A DNA stretch of 32,000 nucleotides from Candidatus Saccharimonadota bacterium (GTDB taxonomy: Bacteria; Bacillota_I; Bacilli_A; Mycoplasmatales; Hepatoplasmataceae): positions 240,001 through 272,000 of the forward strand of contig AP027131.1 in assembly GCA_027925225.1 (NCBI GenBank), given 5' to 3'. The stretch's first letter is position 1; every line of letters begins with the position of its first letter. A model generated the notes under the pieces. That model made no database searches. It was not told the origin of the DNA and was given only the letters and a program-made list of their open reading frames with translations. The position numbers and the translations under genes were made by a program. Below, in pieces: positions 9,699 through 20,264 of this stretch.

Positions 9699-11273
9699 AT
9701 GAAAGAAAAAATATCTTTATTAAAAATAAAACTTGGTTTATCTTTTTCTGAAAAAGAAAAAAATATTTATGTAAGTAAAGTAGATTTTGAAAATCTAATA
9801 GAAAATTTTAAGGATAAGGAGTGAATTAAAAATTATTTTAAAAATTATTTTTTTTATAAAAAAACTTTAAAATACTCTTTTCCAACAAGCTTTTTCTTTA
9901 TCTGAAAAGCAAATGGAAGAAAAACAAATAAAATTTACTTTAAATTTAGAAAAGATGAAATAAAAGAAAGAATTTATAGCGGTGAATTTAATTCTGAAAA
10001 AGAGGGAGATATTTTTGAAGAAAATTTTAAATTAATAAAAACTTATGTTGAATCTCTTTCAAAATTAGTTAATCATTTTTTTGATTTAGTTGATTTTTCA
10101 AAAGAAGAGTGTGATGTTAGATTAAACATTTTAGATACTTCTTTATCTTTAGAAAAATATGTAGAAAGTATTTTGAATTTTTATAAAGATATTAAGAAAA
10201 ATAAGCTTTTTCAAAAAATTTATGTTGTTAATACAAAAATTTTAAATAGCATAATAAAAAATTCTAAAATAGTTTCAAAAGATGAATCATTTATTATAGA
10301 TTCAAAAATTAATAATTCAAATTCAAATACAAATAAAATTGAAATTATTTCTTCTAAATTAAAAGATATAAGAAATATAAGAGATTTGTCCGAAGGGAAA
10401 CAAGTAATTAAAAATTATATTATTAAATCATCATTTATTGAAAATTATTGTTTTTCAAGCGAAAAATTTAATCCTAAAATTAATTTTGTAAAAGCTTCTA
10501 AATTAAAATCAGTGGAAAATTCAATAATAGAAGATTCTTATATTAGTTTTACAAAAATAGATACAGAAAAAACAGAAATATCAAAATCAAAATTAATAGG
10601 AAATAGAATTGATTTTAAAATAAAAAACAAAGTACAAATTATTAAAAATTATGAAATTAATTTTTCTTCTATAACAAATATAAGTTTTGTAGGAGATGAA
10701 AATAATGATGAAAAATATTTTGTTAGAAAATCAAAATTATTTTCATTAAATGAATCAATTTTTGAAAATACAAATGCTAAATATTCTTTAGTTGAAACAA
10801 ATAATTTATTTAATATAAAAAATTCAAATATTTTAAGAAGTAGAAGTAATTGAATTTTAAAAGATGAATCACAAATAATAAAAGATTATTTTATTATTAA
10901 TTCAAATGTTAAAAATGTTTCTTTTTCTTCTGATGAGTTTGAAAACATAAAAGAAATGTCTTCTTCGCTTGAAACAGCAAATAATTTAATTGATAAATCA
11001 CTTGGTAAAATTAGTCCTGATATTATAAATAAAAGTTTAAATTTAATTGGAGATGAAATTAAATCTACTGAAAATGTCTTAAAAAATTCTTCTATCAAAT
11101 CTTTTAATTTATCTAATATAGATAATTCTTATATAAAGAGAGTTAAATTTGAAGTAAATAAACTTAAAATATCTGGATCTAAATTAATAAATATTAAAGG
11201 TAATTGATATTCTCCTAACGGAGTTCAAAATATAATAAATTATTCATTAAGTAATTCTACAATTAAAACTTAA
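9699..11273 (+). CDS. Hypothetical cytoplasmic repeat-rich protein, 524 aa, with a degenerate short-period Ile/Ser/Asn repeat pattern (beta-solenoid-like)
   Basis: ATG 9699 follows aagga. Track ORFs 10173-10853 and 10956-11207 share its frame and are joined via TGA codons. It ends at TAA 11271-11273. No signal peptide or TM segment is visible. Confidence 0.65.
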
Positions 11274-11292
11274 AAGAATTTTATTTAAAAAT

Positions 11293-11586
11293 TTAGTTAT
11301 TTAAACTTTTTTGAAATAAATATGTTTCAATTTTTGAAAGAGTTATTTTAATTTCTATCATTTCTTTGTTATGAATCATTATGGTTTGATTTAAGATTTT
11401 AATATCTTGTTTAACTTCTTTTAAATTATTTTCAATATTATCTATTTTAATTTCAAAGAAATCTATTTTATTTTCGACGGAATTTAGTCTATTTTCAACA
11501 GAATTTAGTCTATTTTCAACAGAATTTAATCTATTATCAATGCTTATAAGTTTTGCGCTATTTCAAAAATGAAAGTTTATTTTCAT
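11293..11586 (-). CDS. Small coiled-coil protein, 97 aa, with three tandem RLNSVEN heptads (paralog of 4730-4981)
   Basis: ATG 11584-11586, one in-frame TGA, TAA 11293-11295. Product: MKINFHFWNSAKLISIDNRLNSVENRLNSVENRLNSVENKIDFFEIKIDNIENNLKEVKQDIKILNQ... Confidence 0.5.
11471..11540. repeat. 21-bp tandem repeat, three full units plus a partial fourth, inside the small coiled-coil CDS
   Basis: ttttcgacggaatttagtcta / ttttcaacagaatttagtcta / ttttcaacagaatttaatcta / ttatcaatgc... Confidence 0.9.
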
Positions 11587-11630
11587 AATTATAAATTAAT
11601 ATATTTCATTTAAAATTCTCATATTTCTTA

Positions 11631-11664
11631 AAAAAAAAATAGATCTTAAGATCTATTTTTTTTT
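11631..11664 (-). terminator. Rho-independent (bidirectional) terminator downstream of deoC
   Basis: A9, then the perfect palindrome tagatcttaagatcta (11640-11655), then T9. It lies 10 nt after the deoC stop. Confidence 0.65.
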
Positions 11665-11674
11665 AAGAAAATTA

Positions 11675-12349
11675 TTAATAATGACTTGTTGCTTCTGTTC
11701 CTTCAATAAGTGAAACTCCATTTGAAGTTCCTATTCTATCTGCTCCTGCTGCAATCATTTCCTCTGCAGATTTTATTGTTTTAATTCCACCAGAAGCTTT
11801 TATTTTAGATTTTCCTTTAGTAATTGCATAAATTAATTCAACATCATGTACAGTTGCTCCTGTTGTTCCAACTGCTGTAGAAGTTTTTATAAAATTAAAC
11901 CCAGCATCTACACCAAGTTTTGCTGCAAATTTTTTCTCTTCATCATTTAGCAATCCGGTTTCTAAAATTAATTTTATTGTTGTTCCTTTTGTTGCTTCTC
12001 TAATTTCCTTTAATTCTTTTTTTAAATAAGCTTCATCTTTTTCATGTACTTTAGAAACATTTATTATAAAATCCAATTCATCTGCACCCCTTTTTAATGC
12101 ATCTTTTGCTTCAAAGATTTTTGTTTCTGTTGTAAATTGCCCATATGGGAATCCTATTACAGTAACTACAAGAACATTATTTGCATGTAATCTTTCTTGC
12201 ACATAATCAATTCAAACAGGTGTAACACAAACACCCTTAAATTTATATTTAATTGCATCGTTTACAGCTTTATCTAAATCTTTAGAAACTGGATCTCTTG
12301 ACACTAATGTATGATCAATATATGTATTTATGTTTTTCATTTTTTCCAT
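11675..12349 (-). CDS. deoC: Deoxyribose-phosphate aldolase, 224 aa
   Basis: FIKTSTA (Schiff-base Lys region) and KASGGIKT motifs. The N-terminus MEKMKNINTYIDHTLVS...GVCVTPVWIDYVQ is recovered through one TGA. An alternative start is at 12340. Confidence 0.9.
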
Positions 12350-12414
12350 TTTTAAACCCTCATTTTCATTTCTATTTTATAACATTTTAAAAAATATAAA
12401 AAATGAAAAATTTT

Positions 12415-13719
12415 CTAAAACATATTGCTTTTAAATTCAAAAATAAGTGAACTATTTTTTACTGTAACAAGATCATTTTCTTTTACACCCATTTTTATAA
12501 GTTTTTTTATTATTCCGTTTTTTTTAAATTTCATTAAAAGTCTTAAAAAATTTTCATGTGTATCTATAGGAATTCTTTGTGCTCAATATTCTGGAAATTT
12601 CCCAGAAATCTCTCATTGATTTTCACCCTTTACTATTTCAAATTTTTCATTTTCAAAATTATCTTTTATTTTTAGTGAAATTAATTTGTAATCATCTTCT
12701 TCAAGTTTTTCTAAAATTTTTTCTTCCTCTTCTTTTTTTATTAAATTAATTTTTTGCCCTAAATAAATAAGTAAATCATTTAATCCTTCTTTTTTTAAAG
12801 TAGAGATAAAAAAAATTTTTTTATCTTTGAAAAGTTCTAAAATTTCTTCTTCTTCTTCTTTTTTTATTAAATCAACTTTATTTATTGCAATTATTTCTTC
12901 TTTTAAAAAAAGTTCTTTAGAATATTTTTTGAGTTCTTTTCTTAAATTTTCATATCTTTCTTTTTTATTTTCAAATGAAGCATCCAATATATGTAATATT
13001 ATTTTTGTCCGAGAAAGATGTTTTAAAAATTCTTTTCCCATTCCTTTATTTTCAGAAGCCCCTTCTATTAATCCTGGTAAATCAGTAACTACATATGAAT
13101 ATCCTTTATAATCTATTACTCCTAATTTTGGAATAAGAGTTGTAAATGGATAATTTGCAATTTTTGGTTTTGCATTTGAAATTACAGAAAGAAATGTTGA
13201 TTTACCCACATTTGGGTAACCAAGTAATCCAACATCAGCAAGAACTTTTAAATTTAAAGTTAGAGAAACTCAATCTCTTTTTTCTCCGCTTTCGTGCAAA
13301 GTAGGAGCCTTATTTTTAGAAGATTTAAAAGTTGAATTTCCTCTTCCACCTCTTCCTCCTTCTTCAATTTTATAAATTTGATCATTAAAAAAAAGATCTG
13401 TTATTTTTTTATTATTAATTATTATTTCAGTACCCAAAGGAACTTCTATTATTAAATTTTTACCATTTTTACCAGTTTTATTATTTGTTCCGCCATTTTT
13501 ACCATTTTCTGCTTTAAATAATCTTTTTCTTTTAAAGGTAATAAGAGTATTTAAAGCAGAAGTAGCCTTAAAATATATATCTCCACCATGACCGCCATTT
13601 CCGCCATCTGGACCGCCTCTACTGATATATTTTTCGCGTCTAAAAGAAGAGATGCCGTTTCCTCCATCTCCTGCTTTTATTTTAATATTTACTTCATCAA
13701 TAAAACTTATAGTTTCCAT
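12415..13719 (-). CDS. obg: GTPase Obg/CgtA, 434 aa, including the C-terminal OCT domain
   Basis: Gly-rich Obg fold (GDGGNG, GGPDGGNGGHGGDIYF). G-domain motifs GYPNVGKST, DLPGLIEGA and NKVD. Track ORFs 13270-13719 and 12613-13209 plus the tail to TAG 12415-12417 are one frame joined by TGA. Confidence 0.95.
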
Positions 13720-13898
13720 TTATCGTTTTTATTATCTTTACCAAATTTAAAAAGTTCCAACACAAGAAGAATCAAATGAGGAATAAAAAGTGCAAATAAA
13801 ATAATTTTTACATATATATTTTTACTTTCCTTTTTTTCTTTTTCTTCTTCTTTTTTGTCCCTATGTTCAATTATAGGAGCATTCTCATTTATTTTCAT
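13707..13898 (-). CDS. Small hypothetical membrane protein, 63 aa
   Basis: Charged N-terminus (KKEEEKEKKESK) followed by one TM helix (IILFALFIPHLILLVLELF). It has a true TAA stop and overlaps the obg start by 13 nt. It begins 8 nt after the purA stop. Confidence 0.4.
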   Translation of the reverse strand: MKINENAPIIEHRDKKEEEKEKKESKNIYVKIILFALFIPHLILLVLELFKFGKDNKNDKWKL

Positions 13899-13905
13899 TT
13901 TTATT

Positions 13906-15195
13906 CTATCAAATATTTTCTATGTTTATTGTTTGTTCTTTTTTAGGGCCTACCGAAAACTGAACTACAGGAACGCCGGTATAATTTTCAATTGCTTCTA
14001 AGTATTTTTTTGCATTTTTTGGTAAATCATAAAATGATTTTACTTTGCTAATATTTTCATTTCATCCAGGTAAAATAACATAATTTACTTTTACATCATT
14101 ATAAATTCTTTCAGAAGCCGGAATTGATTCTAAGATATGTTCTCCTATCGTATAATTTATTCCAATTTTTAATTCTTTAATTCCTGTAAGTACATCTAAA
14201 AGAGTAATAGAAATACCAGTAAGTCCACTTACTCTTTTTGCGTGTTTTATTAAGGTAACATCAAATCATCCAATTCTTCTTGCTCTTCCTGTTGTTGTTC
14301 CGTATTCTTTTCCAACTTCTCTTATTTTTTTTGATATTTCATTTTCAAATTCAGTTGGAAAAGCACCTTTACCAACTCTTGTAACATAAGCCTTTGTAAC
14401 TCCTATTGTTTGAGAAATAGAATATGAAGGTATACCTACATTAAGCGGAATAGAAGAAGAGGTTGGTGAAGAAGAAGTAACAAAAGGATAAGTTCCATGA
14501 TCTAAACAAAGAAGAATTCCTTGTGCACCTTCAAAAAGAACTTTTTTTCTTTTTTCTAAAGCTTTAAACACTAAAAGCGAAGAATCGACAACATAATGTT
14601 TTATTTTTTCTCTTGCTTCTAATGCAAATTTATAAGTTTCTTCAAAATCAATTTTTTTATCTATTTTCATTGCTTTAAAGATTCTATTTTTTTCTTCTAT
14701 GTTTTCTTGTAATTTTTCTTTTAGGTAATCATCATCATAAAGATCAATAATTCTTATTCCAATTCTTGCGACTTTATCTGTATAGGCTGGACCTATTCCT
14801 TGTTTTGTTGTTCCAATAGTAGATTTTCTGTTTTCTTCTTGCAAAGCATCTATTTCTTTGTGATAGGGGAAAACAATATGAGCTCTATCTGAAATAAATA
14901 GTGAAATGTCTACTATTCCTGCTTTTTTTAATCCTTCAATTTCATTTAATAAACCTTTAAGATCGATAACAACACCATTTGAAAGAACATTTTTAACATT
15001 TGTATTGAATATACCAGAAGGAAGGAGATGGAGCCCAAATCTCTCGTTATTATAGATTATAGAATGCCCAGCATTTCCTCCGCCTTGGTAACGAACAACA
15101 TAATCTGCTCTGCTTGCAAAATAATTTGTTATTTTGCCTTTTCCTTCATCGCCTCATTGTGTTCCCACAATAGCAATTGAATTATATTTTTTCAT
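13906..15195 (-). CDS. purA: Adenylosuccinate synthetase, 429 aa
   Basis: MKKYNSIAIVGTQWGDEGKGK, GGGNAGH and TTKQGIGPAY motifs. Track ORF 14266-14844 extends both ways through TGA. Stop TAG at 13906-13908. Confidence 0.95.
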
Positions 15196-15221
15196 TTTTA
15201 TAACCTTATTTTCTTTATTTT

Positions 15222-16511
15222 TTAAAATACTCTTTTATAAATATTATCTACTTCTCTTAAATAATATTTATAATCAAAAAAATTATTTATTTCATCCTTA
15301 TTAAATAATTTATTTATTTCATTATTTTCAAGTATTAAATTTTTAAAATCTTTATTTTCTTTCATTGATTTAAGAGCTAAATTTTGTATTAAGTCATATG
15401 CTTTTTCTCTTGAATATTCTTTTTTTATTAAATTGCTTAATATTCTTTGAGAAAATACTAATCCTTTTGTAATTCATATATTTTCAAACATTTTTTTTTC
15501 ATTTACTATTAATGTTTTTAATGTATAAGAATATCTTTTTAATGCATATTGAATAAGTGTTGTTGCATCAGGAATTATTACTCTTTCTACTGAAGAATGA
15601 GAAATATCTCTTTCATTTCAAAGAGGAATATTTTCATAAGCAGAAAAAACATAACCTCTTAATATTCTAGAAATTCCTGTAATATTTTCTGAAGTTATTG
15701 GATTTTTTTTATGAGGCATTGAAGAAGAACCTTTTTGTCCGGTGCTAAAATATTCTTGTACTTCACCTATTTCGGTACGTTGAAGTGTTCTTATTTCAAT
15801 TGCAATTTTTTCTAATGAATTTCCTATCATAGCAATGCTATGAATATAATTTGCATAAACATCACGTTGGATTATCTGTGTTGATATTTTTGCTGAATTT
15901 ATTTTTAAATTTGAGCAAACCATATCTTGTATATTACTTTTAATGTTTGCAAAATTTCCCATTGAACCAGAGATTTTTCCTGTTTCTATTTCTTCTCTTG
16001 CATTTTTAAATCTTTTAATGTTTCTAGACATTTCGTCATATCAAAGTAATCATTTTAAACCAAAAGATGTAGGCTCTCCGTGAATTCCATGTGTTCTACC
16101 AATTATTGGTGTATTTTTGTATTTATTTGCATTTTCTTTTAAAACTTCTAAAAAAATTAATAATTCCTTTTCTATTTCATTATTTGCTTCTTTAATTAAT
16201 AAAGCATTTGCTGTATCTATTACATCACTTGCCGTTAATTTATAGTGAATTCATTTTTTTTCATCACCTAATTTTTTAGATATTGATCTAGTAAAAGCCA
16301 CTACATCATGTTTTGTTATTTTTTCTATTTCTTCTATTTCTTTTAAATTAATTTTTGCATTTTCTTTTAAAATTTCATAGTCCTTAATTGGAATTACTTT
16401 TATTTTCACAAAAGAATGAATAACTTCTAATTCAACATCTAAGAATTTTTGAAATTTATTTTCTTGAGATCATATTTTTTGCATAACCTCATTAGAATAT
16501 CTTTTTATCAT
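15222..16511 (-). CDS. purB: Adenylosuccinate lyase, 429 aa
   Basis: Fumarate-lyase signature [11 protein letters not shown]. Track ORF 15618-16031 extends through TGA to ATG 16509-16511 and TAA 15222-15224. Confidence 0.95.
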
Positions 16512-16547
16512 ATAGAAATATTATAAGTTATTTTAAATATTAATTTA

Positions 16548-18029
16548 TTATTCAATATCATTAACAATAACAATAAAACTTGAATTTTCATAATCGGGTC
16601 CTATTGGATAATAATATTTATATCCATTTTCTGAATCATAAGTTAAATCTCTAGGAAAAGAGAAATTAAAATCTCCAAAAATCATTTCTTGTGCATAATA
16701 TTCTTCACTATCATATATTCAATCATCTTCATCAGGAAGAACTAAATAATAGGTATAATTCAATGTTCGATTTGTAGTTGCTTTTATATCTGAATTTTGA
16801 TAATAAAGTCCTGGTGTATTGAGAAGTGTAGAATTAATTTCGGAAACTTCTTGTGATTGATAATTTATTTCTTTTTTATCTCATTCATTATGTCCCCCAT
16901 AAGGATCATCAACATTAACTAATATATTTCAATTAAATCCTATTTTTATATTTTTTGTAAACTCCATAAATGATTTAGTATTTTCAACATTTATTTTTTT
17001 CAAATTTATATTAAAAATTAAATAATTATCGCCATAAGCACTTTCTTTGGGATTTACATCAATGCTTTGAACATTTTTTTCATGTATTGATGGTGTAAAA
17101 TAATATGTTTTTTCATCAAATAAATATGAAAAACTAGTTGTTTTATAGTCATTATTTAAAAACATAATTACTGAATCATTTACATCTTTATATCCATAAT
17201 TAATTGGCATTTCAACTTCATTATCAGAAAATTTAAATTCTTGTGTGTATAAACCATCTCCTTTTGTGCTTGTTATTTTACTTGCGCTACTTATTGGAAT
17301 TAATTTATATTTTTCTTTAATTAAAAGTTTTTCATTGTTTGTATCATAAAGATCATAATACTCTGCATAATGATAAAGAGAATAAGAAGAATAATCATAA
17401 AAATTAAAACCATCTCCATCAGAATATGTAATTTCAATTTTATTATTTATTCCTTTTTTTGCATTTATAATTTTTGGATAACTTTGATCTCCATTATCAT
17501 AAATCGTTCGACTTGTTTTTATTTTATAATCTTGTTCATATGTTGTATTAATAATTGTATTATCAATATTGTTTATTGATAATGTTGGATTTAAAATATA
17601 ATAAATATTATCACTTTTTAAATATTCAGGATATATTGAATAATTATAATAAACAGGTAATTCAACATAAAAATAAGTTTCTAGATTTAAGTTTTTAATT
17701 TTAAATAAATTTTTATTTATATAAAAAGAAACATCATGATAACTATCATCATTTTCAGATTTAATTTGATAACTAAATGTTATTGAATTAATTTGAGAGA
17801 TATCTCCATTATAAATTCCTGTTGTAATTAAAATTGTCATATCATCTTCAGCATATTCTCTACCCATATAATCTAATGTTTCATGATTAAAATATGAAGA
17901 AATAATTTGAAAATTTTCATCTTCACTAATATTTTTATTTTTAAAAGAATTATTTATAAAAGGTAATCCTATTATCAAAAATATTGGTAAAAAGATAAAA
18001 GATAGTATTTTTTTATTTATTTTTTGCAT
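16548..18029 (-). CDS. Cassette gene A, copy 1: signal-anchored Asn/Tyr-rich secreted or surface protein, 493 aa, no recognised family
   Basis: Track ORF 16929-18029 continues through TGA codons (16929, 16881, 16719) to TAA 16548-16550. I checked every codon from 16548 to 16929. Hydrophobic N-terminus MQKINKKILSFIFLPIFLIIGLPF, with no lipobox Cys. Confidence 0.75.
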
Positions 18030-18103
18030 AGCTATTTCCTTTTTTATTATTTCTTAAATTAAAGACAACATCATTATAAAATACTTTTTTTATACTTAAT
18101 ATA

Positions 18104-20148
18104 TTTAATTAAAAAAAACACAAATGTAGATATATAAAATAGTGAAATAATTAAAGATAAAATTACTATTAATTTTTTATTTTTTGTTTTTATCGATATA
18201 TTCTCATAATTATTTGGATAAATATAATCATTAAAATATGAATAAGATCAATCATATTTATAATCATTATTTAATTCATTTATTGCATAAATATTAAAAT
18301 TACTATATTTAGTATTATTTTCTAAATTTGTTAAAGTATATTCATATTGATTTTCATAAATTATAGAATTACTAATTAAATTTTCTTCTTTTAAACTATC
18401 ATATTCATTATTATTTGAGTCTTTATAAGTAATTCTTAAGTTATTGGCTTGAATTTTTGAAACATCAGAATATGTAATTTCAAATGTAATTGAATTATTT
18501 TTTATTTTCTTAATTTTTATGTTTTCTATATTTACATTTGAAAAATCAGTTACATAATTTTTTTTATTTAAAAAATATTTTTCATTATATTTAAAATTTA
18601 ATTTACTTAATGAAAAATTCATATTTATATATATATTATTTTCCTCAAAAGTTGGTATTTCATAAATTGCTTCTATATTATTTTTATAATTTATAAAATT
18701 TATTTTAGAATAATATAATTTTTTTGAATATTTTTTAATTTTATTATTTTGATTGTCATATAATGAATAATTAAAATTAATTTCCTTTATTAAATTTAAA
18801 TTCCCATTTTTAGTATTATTTCAAATTTTATTAGAATGATAAAAAACATCTAAATAATATTTGTTTCCTTTTTTTGTAATTTTTGAATCAATTACATCAA
18901 TATTTAATTTATTAAAATTTTTTTCAAAATTTATTTCTTTAAAAAAATACTTATAACCAGTGGTACTTAAATAATTTTTATTATCTTTATAATTTTTAAC
19001 AAAAGAATTGTTTAAATAATCATATTCAAAATATCCACTATTTATAAAAACGAAAGATGATAAGTCATTTGTATTATTTTTTTCAAAATTTATTTCATAT
19101 TTATAAATATCCAAATTTTCCATATAAATTGGATTTGTTAAAACTTTATATTCTTCTTTTCCATTATTTTTATAAGACAAAACTAAATTATTAGCTAATT
19201 GATAATTTATTTCATCATTATATTTTATAAAGATGTAAAAAGAATTATCATAATATTCATTTTCTTCATAATAAACATTTTCAATTTGAGGGGGGTGGAT
19301 TGGGGTAATTATTTTGTAATTATCAACTCACTCATTTAAAAATATTTCTTCATTATTATAAAAAAAAGAAAAATTATAATAAATCATTCCTTCTTCCTTT
19401 GAAATATTATTTATATAAATTGTTTCATTATATCAATTACTATTTCCGTATTTGTAATAGTTATCATTATATTCAAAATTTAATTGGTAATTATTTTCAT
19501 TTTTATCATTATTATAGGATCTGTAATCTGCATATATTTTTAAATTATTTAAAAATTCTTTAATTGTTATTTTTTTAGGAATTAAAACATTTAAGTTAAT
19601 TTCAGCTATATTATTATTTAAAAAAATAAAATCATTTATTATAATTTTTACATTATTTAAATTAAAGTTTTCTTCATAATTTAGACTAAAACTATTAATA
19701 CATTTTTGTATTGGTTTTAATAAATAAGTTGAAAAATATCCATTTTCATAGTAAATATTTACTTCAAATGAAAAATCAGGATTTAATTTATATAAATTTT
19801 CTAAATTATTTATTTTAATATTATTTATATTTAGTTTAATAATAAAAAAATGATTATGAAGGTATTTGTTTACATAATCATTTTTTGTTACATTGTTAAT
19901 TAATAATATTTTATTTTTGCCATTTGAATAATTAATATTATTTAATTTTTCTATTATATGTATTGAATCATTATCCGATATAAGAGAATATTCAATATTT
20001 ATATTTCAACTTTCAATATTTAAAATAGAATTAATTGTATTTTATTTCTATTTTGGTTATTAACAGCATAACCCACAAAAGAAATACTTGAAAGCGTAAT
20101 CAAAAATATTAAAGAAATAAAAAGAAAAGGAGTAAAAAATTTTCTCAT
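18104..20148 (-). pseudogene. Cassette gene B, copy 1: disrupted paralog of 22753-25104
   Basis: A 42-codon leader ORF (20020-20148, MRKFFTPFLFISLIFLITLSSISFVGYAVNNQNRNKIQLILF*) is in a different frame from the 645-codon body (18104-20041). The body has no upstream ATG. About 85 codons present in copy 2 are missing. The C-terminus is truncated after an A9 run (18110-18118). Confidence 0.7.
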
Positions 20149-20264
20149 TGTTACTTAACACCACCCAAATTTGTATATTTTTTTGTTATTGTTTTATATT
20201 TAATTAAATCTCTAAGTACATTATTTATAGCAAAATTATTTTATTAAAATATTAAAAATTTAAA

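Noticed and set aside
11471-11540. Possible CRISPR-like or regulatory direct repeats
   Set aside because: The units are contiguous 21-mers without spacers. They are in frame inside a CDS and encode heptads. No cas genes are present in the window.
12350-12414. Possible small RNA or regulatory element in the obg-deoC gap
   Set aside because: The gap is 65 nt of AT-rich sequence with no convincing hairpin or conserved motif. It is most simply a promoter/RBS spacer.
20020-20044. Programmed ribosomal frameshift joining the B1 leader ORF to the body
   Set aside because: There is no canonical slippery heptamer or downstream structure in the 22-nt overlap. The body frame carries TAG and TAA just upstream. 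About 85 codons present in B2 are missing here, so a deletion scar is the simpler explanation.
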